Source: Acidobacteriota bacterium (lineage in GTDB: Bacteria; Acidobacteriota; UBA6911; RPQK01; JAJDTT01). From it: a stretch of 64,000 nt of DNA. Location of the stretch: assembly GCA_965217775.1 (NCBI GenBank), contig CBDCJH010000001.1, positions 80,269-144,268 on the forward strand. Reading direction: 5' to 3'. Below are positions 21,336 to 31,775 of this stretch, one piece after another. The notes under the pieces were generated by a model, which saw nothing but the letters and a program-made list of their open reading frames with translations, had not been told where the DNA came from and did no database searches. A program made the position numbers and the translations under genes. Within the stretch, counting starts at the first letter, position 1, and every line of letters begins with the position of its first letter.

Positions 21336-22382
21336 ATGACAACGGAACACCAAGACCGAAACCCGAAGCGAATCTTCAAGCTCGTGATTTATCCCGCCGT
21401 GGATGCTCGCCGCCTTGCCGCGATCGTGGAAGCTGCCGGTGACGGCGGCACCGTGGTGAACGCGCCCGACGAGGACGCCGCCGCCGCGGTCCTGGTGGAC
21501 GCCGACGCCTTCTTCGGCAAGATGACGCCCAAGCTGCTGGCAGCCGCCACCCGATTGCGCTGGATTCAGGCGGGCAGCGCCAGCATGGAACATTACCTGT
21601 TCCCCGCCCTGGTGGATCACCCCGCGATCGTGACCAACATGCGAGGGATCTTCTCGGACGTCATTGCCGAACACGTTTTCGGGTTCATCCTATGCTTCGC
21701 CCGGAATCTGCACCACTACATCCGCAACCAGGCGAAAAGAACTTGGGAGGTGGTTGGAGACCCCAGCTGGAAAGTCCCCGACTTCGTGCGAAGCCTGCGA
21801 GACGTCGCTCCCTCGGACTGGGCTCACATCCACCTTTCGGACACGACCTTGGGAGTGGTCGGTCTGGGCGGCATCGGCTCAGAGGTCGCTCGCAGAGGTC
21901 TGGCATTCGGGATGCGGGTGGTGGCGGTCGACCCCAGGCGAGAGGAACGTCCTCCGGGCGTGGAGGCGCTCTGGAAACCGGACCGGCTGGAGAATCTCCT
22001 GGCGGAGAGCGATTTCGTGGTGATTTCCGCTCCCCACACGCCGGAAACGGTCAAAATGTTCCGGCGGCCCCAATTCCGGCAGATGAAGCGGACCGCCTTT
22101 CTGATCAACATCGGACGCGGCGTCATCGTCGACCTGAACGATCTGGTCGCGGCGCTGGAGGCGGGAGAGATCGCCGGTGCCGGCCTCGACGTGTTCGAAA
22201 TCGAGCCGCTTCCCCCGGAGCATCCTCTCTGGCGGATGGAGAACGTCATCCTGACGCCGCACTGCGCTGCCCGGTCCCCCAGGATCCCTGATCGATTCGC
22301 TCAGGTGGTGGTGGACAACGTCAGGCGATACGCCGCCGGCAGGCCGGTCAAGAACGTAGTCGACAAGAACGCGTGGTTTTGA
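21336..22382 (+). CDS. D-2-hydroxyacid dehydrogenase (NAD-binding)
   Basis: GLGGIG, PHTPET, INIGRG, AGLDVFEIEPLP, LTPH. Confidence 0.92.
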   Translation: MTTEHQDRNPKRIFKLVIYPAVDARRLAAIVEAAGDGGTVVNAPDEDAAAAVLVDADAFFGKMTPKLLAAATRLRWIQAGSASMEHYLFPALVDHPAIVTNMRGIFSDVIAEHVFGFILCFARNLHHYIRNQAKRTWEVVGDPSWKVPDFVRSLRDVAPSDWAHIHLSDTTLGVVGLGGIGSEVARRGLAFGMRVVAVDPRREERPPGVEALWKPDRLENLLAESDFVVISAPHTPETVKMFRRPQFRQMKRTAFLINIGRGVIVDLNDLVAALEAGEIAGAGLDVFEIEPLPPEHPLWRMENVILTPHCAARSPRIPDRFAQVVVDNVRRYAAGRPVKNVVDKNAWF

Positions 22383-22384
22383 AA

Positions 22385-22563
22385 GGAGCGGCGACTTTCT
22401 TGTCGCCGACCAGGGGGGCAGGGGGGACGGAGTCCCCACTCTACACATTCCGGCCACGGAATTGCATGGCAGTACAGAAGAGCAGGCGGCAAGAAAGCCG
22501 CCTGTCCCAGTGGGCGACAAGAAAGTCTCCCCTCCCAATGGGCGACAAGAAAGTCTCCCCTCC
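22385..22563. repeat. Cluster of REP-like palindromes between convergent genes
   Basis: GGAGCGGCGACTTTCTTGTCGCCG (+), a GTAG-headed palindrome (-, 22423-22444), CAGGCGGCAAGAAAGCCGCCTG, and two tandem TGGGCGACAAGAAAGTCTCCCCTCC (22511-22535, 22539-22563); related copy at 49446-49464. Confidence 0.75.
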
Positions 22564-23696
22564 TAAATGGAGACCACCTTGCCGGTGGCGGCCGACTCGT
22601 AGCCGGCCATAAGCACCTTCAGCACCTCGGCAGCTTCCGCGATGCTCATGTCGCTCTCGCGATTCTGCTCGATGCAGTCGATGAAGAAGGACTCGTCCGA
22701 TTGGTTCGCCTCGGGGACCGTACGCCAAGTGAACTTGTGGACCCCGCCCGCTTCCCGGGTGCTGCTTCTCCAGAATCCCATGGGATCTTCGGGATGCGGC
22801 GGCCCGGGCCGCCAGGCAGGCGCGTCGCAGGCGACTTCGAACCGGGGCCGCGCGCCGTCCACGAATCGGCAACCCCGGGTCCCGGCCAGGAAGATCCCCG
22901 AAACTCCACCGGCCAGATGACTCAGCCAGCCGATTCTCGCTCCGCTCAGGGTCCCCACCAACCCGCCTTCGAACTCCATGGTCAGGGCCGCGAAATCTTC
23001 CACGTCGTTCTTCTGGTGCTCCTGGAAGAAATAGTTGGCGGTTCGAGCATAGACGCGTTTCACCGATCGGCCTGAGAGCCAACGCATGATCCCGATGGAA
23101 TAGACCCCCATGGTGAAGAGTTCCCGTTTCGAGTCGATATAGGTGAACCTTCGGGGAGGGAAATGCTCCTGGCGGGGACGGTCCAGATCAGCGGTCCCGG
23201 TGTGGCCCTTGGAGAACAGAAGGTCGCTGTGCATGCTCACCAGTTCCCCCAGGGCGCCGCTGTCGGCGAGCCTCCGGGCCCGTTGGGCCCAAGGGGTTCG
23301 GAACATGCTGAACATCTGGCTTCGAACTCCGGCCCTTCGGATCTCGGAGACCAGAGAGGACGCCTCCTGGTTGGAGACGGTCAGAGGCTTGTCCACGTAG
23401 ACGTGCTTGCCCGCCCGGGCACAGAGCGCGGCCACCCGGGCGCGGCGTTCGAATTCGACGCAGACGCTGACGACCTGGACGTCACTGCGCTTCAGCGCAT
23501 CCGACAGATCGGGGATGAAAGGGATCCCAAAGCGGCGGGCCAGCGATCGATTCAAACGATCCCGCCGTTCCGGGACTCCAGGCTCGTCGGTGACCGCGAC
23601 CAGGCGGCAACGCGGGTCTCGACCGAACGCCGCTCCGTAATTCTCCTGGTGGGTCAAGTCTCCGGCCACCAGGAGGACCCCGTAGGTTTTGCCCAT
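22563..23696 (-). CDS. Gfo/Idh/MocA family oxidoreductase
   Basis: Rossmann N-terminus, AGKHVYVDKP, GALGEL, ED.A, ..GYESAATGKVV. Confidence 0.88.
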   Translation of the reverse strand: MGKTYGVLLVAGDLTHQENYGAAFGRDPRCRLVAVTDEPGVPERRDRLNRSLARRFGIPFIPDLSDALKRSDVQVVSVCVEFERRARVAALCARAGKHVYVDKPLTVSNQEASSLVSEIRRAGVRSQMFSMFRTPWAQRARRLADSGALGELVSMHSDLLFSKGHTGTADLDRPRQEHFPPRRFTYIDSKRELFTMGVYSIGIMRWLSGRSVKRVYARTANYFFQEHQKNDVEDFAALTMEFEGGLVGTLSGARIGWLSHLAGGVSGIFLAGTRGCRFVDGARPRFEVACDAPAWRPGPPHPEDPMGFWRSSTREAGGVHKFTWRTVPEANQSDESFFIDCIEQNRESDMSIAEAAEVLKVLMAGYESAATGKVVSI

Positions 23697-23707
23697 GGAT
23701 CGCTCCC

Positions 23708-24175
23708 CTATCCGACCCGCACCGGAAGTCTCTTTCGCAACGACTCTTCGACCGCCTCGACCAACTCCCCTCGAACCGCGCTGGAGTCCGTGCTCCAGAG
23801 TCGTTCCTCGGTCTCACCGGCGAGACCGGCTTCCGCCAGATCATGCCGCAGGGTGCCATGGTTCCCGACCAGGAGCAGATCCGCTCCCGGCGCACCCTCC
23901 CGCTTGAGGATCACGACGACCTGACCGGTGCGCCCACCCTCCAGATGCAGTTGCAGAGACAGGTTCCCGGACTCGACGCTGCCGGCGACGAAGATCTCGT
24001 CAATCGCCGGGCCAAGAAGCTCCTGGATCAACTGAATGCCCGCCACGGAGACGGGGACCAGGTGCCCGTGGTCTGAAGACGCCACGATCACCAGACGCAC
24101 GTAAACTGGAGTTCCCAGGCGACCCTGCTCCAGTTCCTGCTTTATGGCCGCGGTCAAACGGGTCAGGTAGGTCAT
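23708..24175 (-). CDS. Hypothetical protein resembling a stand-alone Gfo/Idh/MocA C-terminal domain
   Basis: IKQELEQGRLGTPVYVR..LLVGNHGTL..AVEESLRKRLPV; immediately upstream of the Gfo gene. Confidence 0.6.
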   Translation of the reverse strand: MTYLTRLTAAIKQELEQGRLGTPVYVRLVIVASSDHGHLVPVSVAGIQLIQELLGPAIDEIFVAGSVESGNLSLQLHLEGGRTGQVVVILKREGAPGADLLLVGNHGTLRHDLAEAGLAGETEERLWSTDSSAVRGELVEAVEESLRKRLPVRVG

Positions 24176-24243
24176 GATTCCGGTGTTGGGGATTGCCTGT
24201 TTCCGGCGTTCCCGGGAGCGTTCATAGCATGATTCAACACCGG

Positions 24244-26559
24244 TCAGAAATCCAGCAGATAGGTGAACTTGGCCAGGATCGTCCGGTCCAGGGTCCGCTG
24301 TGTCCGATATGCACCGGGCACCATCGGTCCTTCGTGAGGGTCGAGACCCGTGGGATCGAAATGGCTGTTGTAGACGATGAAGAATCCGGTGCTGCCGGTG
24401 CGAAGCAGGGCGAATCGGATGTTGGTGCCGATCTCCCGTTCGGTGCTGTTGTACTGGATCAGAGACTGGATGTAGCTCTTGGGCGTGAAGGAATAATTCA
24501 CCTGGACCATGGCCAGATTCGTGCGAAAAGGCCCCTCCGGGAGGTCCACCGAATTGTGCACGTAGCGGGCGGCCAGCAGAAACTCGGCTCCCACGCGGAA
24601 TCCGGCCCGAAGGCTGAGGGTGTCGATATGACCCGAGTAGAATTCTCCCCACGAATAGTTGGCGCCGCCGAAAAGATTGGCGCTTTCGTCCGATTCGACA
24701 GTCAACAGCCAGTTGTTGAAACGGTAGATTCCCTTCGGCAGAACGATGTCGTCGAAGATCTCGAAGGGTTCGAAGAGCTGTTCGAAGTTCTGGTTGAACG
24801 CGAACCCCACCGACCCGCCGTTCTGGAAGAAGACACGCATGTCGTTGTGACGCCAACCCGACTCCTGAGATCCGTCGAAGCGATAGTGTCCGCGCCAGGA
24901 ATGATGCGGCCAGAAACGGCGGAAAAAAGGATGATTCTTGGGACGGGGATTGAAGAAGATTCCGTAGGAGGGCCTCCGGTAGCCTGACCTGGGCACGAAT
25001 CCCACCTCCGGATTGAAATCCTCTCCCACCTCCAGATAACCCAGGTCCCAGTTGAAGAAATCGGTGTTGTAGCTCACCGACGAGCTGGCGGCATGATCGC
25101 GCCCGTCAAGACCCGGCGTCTCGGTGCGGGCGGCGTAGTTGAAGAAGGTCCAGCGTTCCCCCAGTCCGATGTTGGCGTCCACGCCGTAGGTCCGGTTGAA
25201 CTCGTTCGGCCCCGCCGCAGAGCCGGTGGCCACCTTGTTGATGAAGATGGCCCCGAATCCGCTGCGGGAACCCACCTCCCGGGCCACGCGCAGAACGGTG
25301 AAGTTGTGCGCCGGAGTCACGTCCTCCACTTCATTGGTCTGCATGTTGAGGACACCCAGGTTGAAACGATTCAACTTCCCGGTGAGGCGGGCGCCTCCCA
25401 GAATGGGAACCTCGACTCCGCTGGGGTCGATGCCGATGCGGCGGCTGAAGAAGAGTTCCGCCTGACGGGGACTGCCGACCTGGAAGTAACCGGCATTTTC
25501 CAGGAAGAAGGGTCTCTTCTCGGGGAAGAACAGATCGAAGCGGGTCAGATTGACCTGCTCTTCGTCCACCTCCACCTGGGAGAAGTCGGTGTTCAGGGTC
25601 GCGTCCAAGGTCAAGGTCGGCGTGAGTGTGGTCTTCATGTCCACGCCCGCGTCCAGAATCCCGTCCTTCAATGGAGCGGATCCCCGGTAATCGTGGAGGA
25701 ATCCGCCCTTGACGTAGGGAATGACCTGGCGGCTCGGCCGAAACTCCAGGTCCAGGCCGGTCAGTTCCCCGGCCAGGGAGACGCGGTGGATCTCGAACCC
25801 GCGGGTGACCGGGGCCCAGTAAGACTGTTCGTTTTTTCGCCGGAGGTTGCGTTTGAAGTTGATTCCCCAGGTGCGATCGGTTCCGGGTTCGTAACGCAGG
25901 CTCCGGAGGGGAATCGCGAACTCGGCTTCCCAGCCTCGCTGTGTGATCCTGGCCTGGACCGTCCAGACCGCATCCCAATTCAGGTTGAAAGCGGACGCCC
26001 CGCCCCTTTGGGCCCCTCCGAAGCCGCTGCCGCCTACGGACCCCGCTCGGGCAGGTCCACCTCCGGCGCGGCTCCGGCCGCCGTGGATGATCTGGGCGTC
26101 GAACTCGATGCCGCCGGGAGTCGTGGCAAAGATGTATCCGCTCTGGTCATCGTCGTACGTATCCAGGAGAACCTCGAATGAATCGGTCTCGTCCAGGACG
26201 CCGTCCCGCCGGGCCTGGGTGGAGACGACGGCTTCCGGCCGGGAATCGAAGCAGATGACACCGACGAAGAGGGTGTCGCGGTTGTATCCGATCCGTACTT
26301 CCACCCGTTCGGTCGCCGGGGCCCCCGTTTCGGGGAGCTGTTGGATGAAACCGGTGGCGGGCGCCATGGACATCCAGGAGGAATCCACCACGCCGTCCAG
26401 CACCGGCGGCTCCGACACGGGAAACGCCCTCATACTCGGCTTGCCGGGGGCCGCGCCCAGAAACTGTGCCCCCCCCTGCAGAAGCGCCAGAAGAAGGAGC
26501 AGGGAGGGAATGGCCCACGCCACGAAAAAACGCTTTGTACGGTTCACGTTAGCCCGCAT
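24244..26559 (-). CDS. CBM9-like plus DUF5916 outer-membrane beta-barrel protein
   Basis: Signal peptide, PVLDG, WDAVW..GWEAEFAIP, NTDFSQVEVD..VNLTRFDLFFPEKRPFFLE, C-terminal TYLLDF. Confidence 0.85.
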   Translation of the reverse strand: MRANVNRTKRFFVAWAIPSLLLLLALLQGGAQFLGAAPGKPSMRAFPVSEPPVLDGVVDSSWMSMAPATGFIQQLPETGAPATERVEVRIGYNRDTLFVGVICFDSRPEAVVSTQARRDGVLDETDSFEVLLDTYDDDQSGYIFATTPGGIEFDAQIIHGGRSRAGGGPARAGSVGGSGFGGAQRGGASAFNLNWDAVWTVQARITQRGWEAEFAIPLRSLRYEPGTDRTWGINFKRNLRRKNEQSYWAPVTRGFEIHRVSLAGELTGLDLEFRPSRQVIPYVKGGFLHDYRGSAPLKDGILDAGVDMKTTLTPTLTLDATLNTDFSQVEVDEEQVNLTRFDLFFPEKRPFFLENAGYFQVGSPRQAELFFSRRIGIDPSGVEVPILGGARLTGKLNRFNLGVLNMQTNEVEDVTPAHNFTVLRVAREVGSRSGFGAIFINKVATGSAAGPNEFNRTYGVDANIGLGERWTFFNYAARTETPGLDGRDHAASSSVSYNTDFFNWDLGYLEVGEDFNPEVGFVPRSGYRRPSYGIFFNPRPKNHPFFRRFWPHHSWRGHYRFDGSQESGWRHNDMRVFFQNGGSVGFAFNQNFEQLFEPFEIFDDIVLPKGIYRFNNWLLTVESDESANLFGGANYSWGEFYSGHIDTLSLRAGFRVGAEFLLAARYVHNSVDLPEGPFRTNLAMVQVNYSFTPKSYIQSLIQYNSTEREIGTNIRFALLRTGSTGFFIVYNSHFDPTGLDPHEGPMVPGAYRTQRTLDRTILAKFTYLLDF

Positions 26560-26624
26560 TACCCATCGGGGGATTTCCGAAACTTCTACGGATCGATCGT
26601 TTCAAGAGGTCGGCTGGATTCCGG

Positions 26625-27179
26625 CTATCCCCTCCGGACGTCACCGGGCCAGCGTCCGATTCCACCGGCCAAATTGTAGAGATTGACGTATCCCTGGACA
26701 CCCAGTTGGGCGCAGGCCTGGGCCGAGCGGCCTCCGGCGGCGCAATGCATGATGATGCGGTCGGCGTCTCGCGGGATCTCGGAAGTACGGCCGCCAACTT
26801 CTCCGAGGGGGATGAGCTTGGCGCCGGGGATCCGGACCGCGGCGTGCTCATGGGGCTCCCGGACGTCGATGATCAAGGTATCCGGATGCCGGCGAAGCAT
26901 TTCCATGGCTTCTTCACCGTCGATTTCGTCGAAAAGGCCGCCGGAAAGGACGGCCTCCGTCACGTGTTTCCCCTGGGCCACCCTCCGGAGCAGTTGCCCC
27001 TGATTCTCGAGCTGCTCCTGCTGTTGGGAGCCCGCCCTGGAAACGTCCTCTTCCAGGGTCTCGAGCTTCCGCTCCAGCGTTCGGATCCGGCCCTTCGCCG
27101 CGGAAGCCGACCGGAGGGCCAGCAGGCCCGCCGCCAGAGCCAGAAACGAAACCACGGCCACGATCGTTTGAGTCTCCAT
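26625..27179 (-). CDS. Rhodanese-like domain protein with N-terminal TM and coiled coil
   Basis: IIDVREPHE..IPGA, HCAAGGRS, NLAGGIGRW. Confidence 0.85.
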   Translation of the reverse strand: METQTIVAVVSFLALAAGLLALRSASAAKGRIRTLERKLETLEEDVSRAGSQQQEQLENQGQLLRRVAQGKHVTEAVLSGGLFDEIDGEEAMEMLRRHPDTLIIDVREPHEHAAVRIPGAKLIPLGEVGGRTSEIPRDADRIIMHCAAGGRSAQACAQLGVQGYVNLYNLAGGIGRWPGDVRRG

Positions 27180-27189
27180 GTTCAACACC

Positions 27190-28080
27190 TCATTCCCTGG
27201 CAAGAATCTGATCGAAAAAAATGCGACTGTTGGGGAGCCCCTTCGCCCGGAGGACTTTGGTCACCATCTTCACCATTATGGGCGGACCGGCCAAATAGGC
27301 CTCCGCCTCGGACGGGGCCTCCACATGCTTGTCGACCGAGAGTTGAATATAACCGGTCTCACCTTGCCAGTCGTCCCCTTCGCGGGGAGCGGAGAGTGCC
27401 GGCGTGTAGGTGAAGTTCTCTTTCTCGGCGGCCCACCGAGAGAACAGGTCGTGCAGCAGCAGGTCCCTCCGACTCCGGACACCAAAGAAAAAGTGGATCG
27501 TCCGGGTCCGGTCCATTCCCTGTTCGAACCAGTATTCCAACAAACCGACGAAAGGGGCGGCCCCGCTGCCGCCGGCCACCACCAGGATGGGATGGTCGCT
27601 GTCCTGACCCAGGTAGAGCGTGCCGGTGGGATCGCTGAGGTGGAGAACGTCTTGGGGCCGGAGACGGGTGTGGACGTAGGTCGAAGCGACGCCTGGCGGC
27701 ACGTCCTTGCCGGGCGGCGCCCGGAAGTGCTTGATGATGAAGTCGAATTCCGGAAGCCGGCCGGGCGGGGAGGCGAAGGAGTAGGGTCGAAAGACCGAAC
27801 CATGCGTCGTCCGGTATCGAGCGTTCCACTCCTGGACGAATTCTTCCGGGACCTTGAGAAAGACGAATTGTCCCGGCTTGAACACGAACCCGCCTGGATT
27901 CAGCAGGACCAGGCGCACCCGCTTCACGTCGTGGGTCAGGTCCGTGATCTCGACGACTCTGGCTTGGTGCGGAAAATCGAGGGCCAGAATCTGGGAGCCC
28001 AGTCCCAGGCACAGCAGCCAACTCAGACGCATCATCCAGCTCATCGGACTCTTGCAGCCCCCTCCCGGTTCAGAGTTCAT
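27190..28080 (-). CDS. FAD/NAD-binding ferredoxin-reductase-type oxidoreductase (NqrF flavin-domain-like)
   Basis: [41 protein letters not shown]; no 2Fe-2S domain; start may be one of the Mets near 28040. Confidence 0.85.
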   Translation of the reverse strand: MNSEPGGGCKSPMSWMMRLSWLLCLGLGSQILALDFPHQARVVEITDLTHDVKRVRLVLLNPGGFVFKPGQFVFLKVPEEFVQEWNARYRTTHGSVFRPYSFASPPGRLPEFDFIIKHFRAPPGKDVPPGVASTYVHTRLRPQDVLHLSDPTGTLYLGQDSDHPILVVAGGSGAAPFVGLLEYWFEQGMDRTRTIHFFFGVRSRRDLLLHDLFSRWAAEKENFTYTPALSAPREGDDWQGETGYIQLSVDKHVEAPSEAEAYLAGPPIMVKMVTKVLRAKGLPNSRIFFDQILARE

Positions 28081-29387
28081 TGAGCCAGTCTTCTCCTGAG
28101 AAAATCAAGGGCACGCGTAATGAGCCGCTCGCGTCCCGATCTGCCGGGCCGGAAGCCGACCGACTCGGCTCGGAATCCTTGGGCCCGGGACCCGGCGCAG
28201 AGGGTGACCCGGTTGGCGTCAACATCCTTCGGTCCGGAAACCAGAAGCACCCATCGATCCTCCTGGGCGCCGGCCACGATTCGAGCCAGTGCGAGAACCA
28301 ACTCATCTCCCTCGCGAGCCTGTCCCAAAGTCTCCGACCCTTCAGACGCCAGCAGCGCCTTCAGTCCCGCGTCGCTGGCGGCCACATAGCTGCCGAACAG
28401 AACCGACGCCGCGGAGGGAGTCCCGGTCAATCGAGACGAGAGGCCACCTCCCGTCGCCACCTCGGCCACGGCCAGCGTCGTCTTGCGATCGGCCAGAAGC
28501 CGCAGGATGGTTTCTTCGAGCGTCGACCCGTCAACGGAATAGACATGTCTCCCGAGACGCTGCAGCATCTGCTCCCGCAACGTCAGCAGGCGTCCTCGAA
28601 TCCCCGGCAAGCTGGAGCGGCCGTAGAAGGTGAGGTCGACCCGTCCCGCTTCGAACGTGGACGCGATCCTCACCTCGGACGGCAGGCTGATGTGCTCGTC
28701 GATAACGCGCTGGATACTCGACTCGCCGATCCCGACGAAACGCAGGGTCACCGATTCGACCGACGACTGGATTCCGAAACGGCGGGCCAGAAAGGGAATC
28801 AGTTCATCCCGAACCATGGGCCGGAGCTCCCGGGGCGGGCCGGGCAGCGCCACGATGACGCGTTCACCGTCATCGAAGACCAGCCCGACGGCACTTCCGA
28901 CACGATTCTTCAGATAGGTGCCACGGGACGGAACCTGCGCCTGTCGCCGGAGGCTCGGACGGGATACCCGGTCTCCGTAGCGGCGCCGAAACTCATCCAT
29001 CACCTGAAGCGATTCCTGCAAAGGGATGCCCGTGTACTTGGCCAGGGTCTGGCGGGTGATGTCGTCGCCGGTGGGGCCGAGCCCTCCGGTGACGACGACG
29101 ATCCGGCTTCGCCGCGAGGCGTAGTCGAGGGCTCGCCCTATTTCCCGCTCGTCGTCCGTGACGGTGACCGACCCGACGCAGCGTCCTCCGAGGGGCCGGA
29201 GCGTCCGCGCCAGAAACTGAGTGTGCGCATCGGCGTACGCGCCTTCCAGCAACTCTCTTCCGGTGACGATGACGACGAACTCGGTCTCCGAATCGGAAGC
29301 CGGCGGAACCTGTGCGCAGATTTCGGCCAGCAGAAGAATGACTACAAACCCGAGCGTAACCAGCCACCGGCTTTCAGGAAAATGCAT
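28077..29387 (-). CDS. cinA: CinA-family protein (MocF-like domain plus degenerate PncC domain)
   Basis: [52 protein letters not shown]. Confidence 0.8.
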   Translation of the reverse strand: MHFPESRWLVTLGFVVILLLAEICAQVPPASDSETEFVVIVTGRELLEGAYADAHTQFLARTLRPLGGRCVGSVTVTDDEREIGRALDYASRRSRIVVVTGGLGPTGDDITRQTLAKYTGIPLQESLQVMDEFRRRYGDRVSRPSLRRQAQVPSRGTYLKNRVGSAVGLVFDDGERVIVALPGPPRELRPMVRDELIPFLARRFGIQSSVESVTLRFVGIGESSIQRVIDEHISLPSEVRIASTFEAGRVDLTFYGRSSLPGIRGRLLTLREQMLQRLGRHVYSVDGSTLEETILRLLADRKTTLAVAEVATGGGLSSRLTGTPSAASVLFGSYVAASDAGLKALLASEGSETLGQAREGDELVLALARIVAGAQEDRWVLLVSGPKDVDANRVTLCAGSRAQGFRAESVGFRPGRSGRERLITRALDFLRRRLAQ

Positions 29388-29543
29388 GCCTCGCTCCCGA
29401 TCGACTCCCGATCGACTCCCCCTTCAGTCTACTACGATGACACCTCCCAAGCCGATGGGATCGCTTGCCGTATCCGGCCCGGACTGGTATCTTTCCTGCC
29501 GAGCGGGCGCCCCGCTCACCCAAGAACATCGAAAGGAGATCTC

Positions 29544-30152
29544 ATGCCATTCGAATTGCCGTCCCTTCCCTACGCCAATGACGCCTTGGAGCCTCATATC
29601 GACGCCAGGACCATGGGGATTCATCACGACAAGCACCACGCCGCCTACGTGGGCAACCTGAACAATGCTCTTTCCTCGCATCCGGAGTTGGCCGGCCTGA
29701 GCCTGGATCAATTGTTGGCCGACAACTGCGCCGCGGTTCCCGAGAGCATTCGGACTGCGGTCAGGAACAACGGCGGCGGCCACGCCAATCACTCCCTGTT
29801 CTGGACCCTGATGGGACCCGGAGGCGGAGGCGAACCGGGCGGCGCCCTGGCCGACGCCATCAACTCCACTTTCGGCAGCCTTGCCCAGTTTCAGCAGGCC
29901 GTCGCCGCCGCCGGCGTGGGCCGGTTCGGATCGGGCTGGGCCTGGCTGGTGAAGAACGCGTCGGGATCGCTGGAGGTCCTCTCCACCGCCAATCAGGACT
30001 CGCCCGTCATGGCCGGACAGGTTCCTCTTCTGGGTGTGGACGTCTGGGAGCACGCCTACTATCTCCGCTATCAGAACCGGAGGCCCGACTACATCAAGGC
30101 CTGGTGGAACGTCGTGAACTGGGATGCCGTGGCGGCGCGCTTCGGTTCCTGA
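29544..30152 (+). CDS. sodA: Mn/Fe superoxide dismutase
   Basis: [57 protein letters not shown]. Confidence 0.96.
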   Translation: MPFELPSLPYANDALEPHIDARTMGIHHDKHHAAYVGNLNNALSSHPELAGLSLDQLLADNCAAVPESIRTAVRNNGGGHANHSLFWTLMGPGGGGEPGGALADAINSTFGSLAQFQQAVAAAGVGRFGSGWAWLVKNASGSLEVLSTANQDSPVMAGQVPLLGVDVWEHAYYLRYQNRRPDYIKAWWNVVNWDAVAARFGS

Positions 30153-30520
30153 GTCTTTGACTGGCTCTTGACTATTCGCGCGATCCGAAGTTTCCCTGTC
30201 TGAACACGGCGAGACGTTTGGAACCGCCTTTCCGCAGGCTGTCCGGGAGTAACCACAGGATCAAGCACAAATAACGGGAAAGAAACAGCCGCTTGTGGGC
30301 CCCGAATACGGGTGGGCCCGACAAGATGGCCACTTCCACGTCCGCCTTCATCCTGACCAGCCGCAGAACGATTCCAAGATTTCCGCAGCTTTTCCACAGC
30401 GGCGTGCACAAGCTGCGGATGTTCCGTCCGGAGCATGAGACAGCGGGAGACGGGCCGGGAGGAACCGGCACCCGTTCCCAATCGCCGAGGACGCAGACTC
30501 AGGGGACGATCAGCCATAGT

Positions 30521-31639
30521 TCAGACCAGAGGACAGTCCTTCAAAGTTTCGAGCAATCTCTCCACGTCGTCAGCGGTGTTGTAGAGATGAGTGGACACCC
30601 GAATCCGGCGCGAATCTCCCCAGATCAGGATTCCTCGATCCTCAAACCAACGCATCACAGCCTTCTCTTGGGGAGCGACGAAGCAGACGTTGCCGGCGCG
30701 TTCCTGGGGCCGGGACGGAGTCATGATCTCCAAGCCGAGTTCGGTGAGTCCACGCAACACCCTTTTGCTCAGATCCAGCACATAGCTTTCGATCTCGGGA
30801 ACGCCCACGCCGGAGATGTAGTCCAGCGCGTTGTCCAGGATGTAAACCGAGATATAGGAGGGATTCCCGGCCTCGAAGCGGGCGGCGCCGGGCCGCAACT
30901 CGTAACGGGTCGGATGGCGCCAACCGGTGAGACTGGCCGGAGAGTGCCAACCCAGGAACGGAGGCTTCAGGCCGGGCAGGCGACTTCGATTCCAGTAGAA
31001 GATGGAGACCCCGTGGGTTCCCAGCAGCCACTTGTAGCAACTGCTCATGAGGATGTCGGCGAGGCCGGCTTCCACCGGGACGACGCCCGCCGCGTGGGTC
31101 GCGTCCACGCTGAGAAGCGCCCCGGCGGACCGGACCCGTTGCGAGAGCTCACTTAGCAACTGCCGCTGCCCGGTCAGAAAGCTCACCAGGCTGACCGCGA
31201 CCACACGGGTCCTGGAGTCGATATGCGATTCCAGATCGGACACGGAAACCCGCCAATTGCGATGCCGCACCAGGCGCAGTTCCACTCCCAGACGCTCCAG
31301 GCGAGTCCAGGGAAGGACGTCGGAAGGGAATTCCAGGTCGGCCACCACCACGTTGTCGCCCGACTCCCAATCCAGAGCGTGAGCCAACAGGTTGACCCCT
31401 TCCGAGGTGGAGGAGAGAAAAGCGATCTCCTCCGGCGAGACGTTCAGGAGTCTCCCCGCCTTCTCCTTGCACTCCAGATAGGTCTCTTCGAACCGCTGCC
31501 GGCCATTGTCTCCCCCGGCCTTGTCGTGGAAGAAGCGGCTCACGGCGTCCTGATGACTCTTGAGAATGGGAGTTTCACCCCCGGCGCAGAGATGGATTAT
31601 GCCGTCGAGACCGATAAAGTCGTCCTTGGAAACTAACAT
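30521..31639 (-). CDS. Aminotransferase class V-fold PLP enzyme
   Basis: STSEG, EFPS, VDATHAAG, SSCYKWLLG, RFEAG, RVSTHLYN. Confidence 0.88.
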   Translation of the reverse strand: MLVSKDDFIGLDGIIHLCAGGETPILKSHQDAVSRFFHDKAGGDNGRQRFEETYLECKEKAGRLLNVSPEEIAFLSSTSEGVNLLAHALDWESGDNVVVADLEFPSDVLPWTRLERLGVELRLVRHRNWRVSVSDLESHIDSRTRVVAVSLVSFLTGQRQLLSELSQRVRSAGALLSVDATHAAGVVPVEAGLADILMSSCYKWLLGTHGVSIFYWNRSRLPGLKPPFLGWHSPASLTGWRHPTRYELRPGAARFEAGNPSYISVYILDNALDYISGVGVPEIESYVLDLSKRVLRGLTELGLEIMTPSRPQERAGNVCFVAPQEKAVMRWFEDRGILIWGDSRRIRVSTHLYNTADDVERLLETLKDCPLV

Positions 31640-31775
31640 CTCACCCGCTCCTTCCGGCCGGCGCCACGAGCAATCCACGATTATGAAGGGAACCGGAATC
31701 GCCGACCATACAGTCAAATTATAATGTTCCGGGGCCGGGGCTGGGGTCCCTGGCTCGTGGAGGTAAAAGAGATCC

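Noticed and set aside
22385-22563. Mini CRISPR array
   Set aside because: Units are in mixed orientation with 3-nt or irregular spacers; fits REP-like elements.
30172-30471. 99-aa minus-strand ORF in the sodA gap
   Set aside because: No RBS, motif or typical codon pattern; treated as non-coding.
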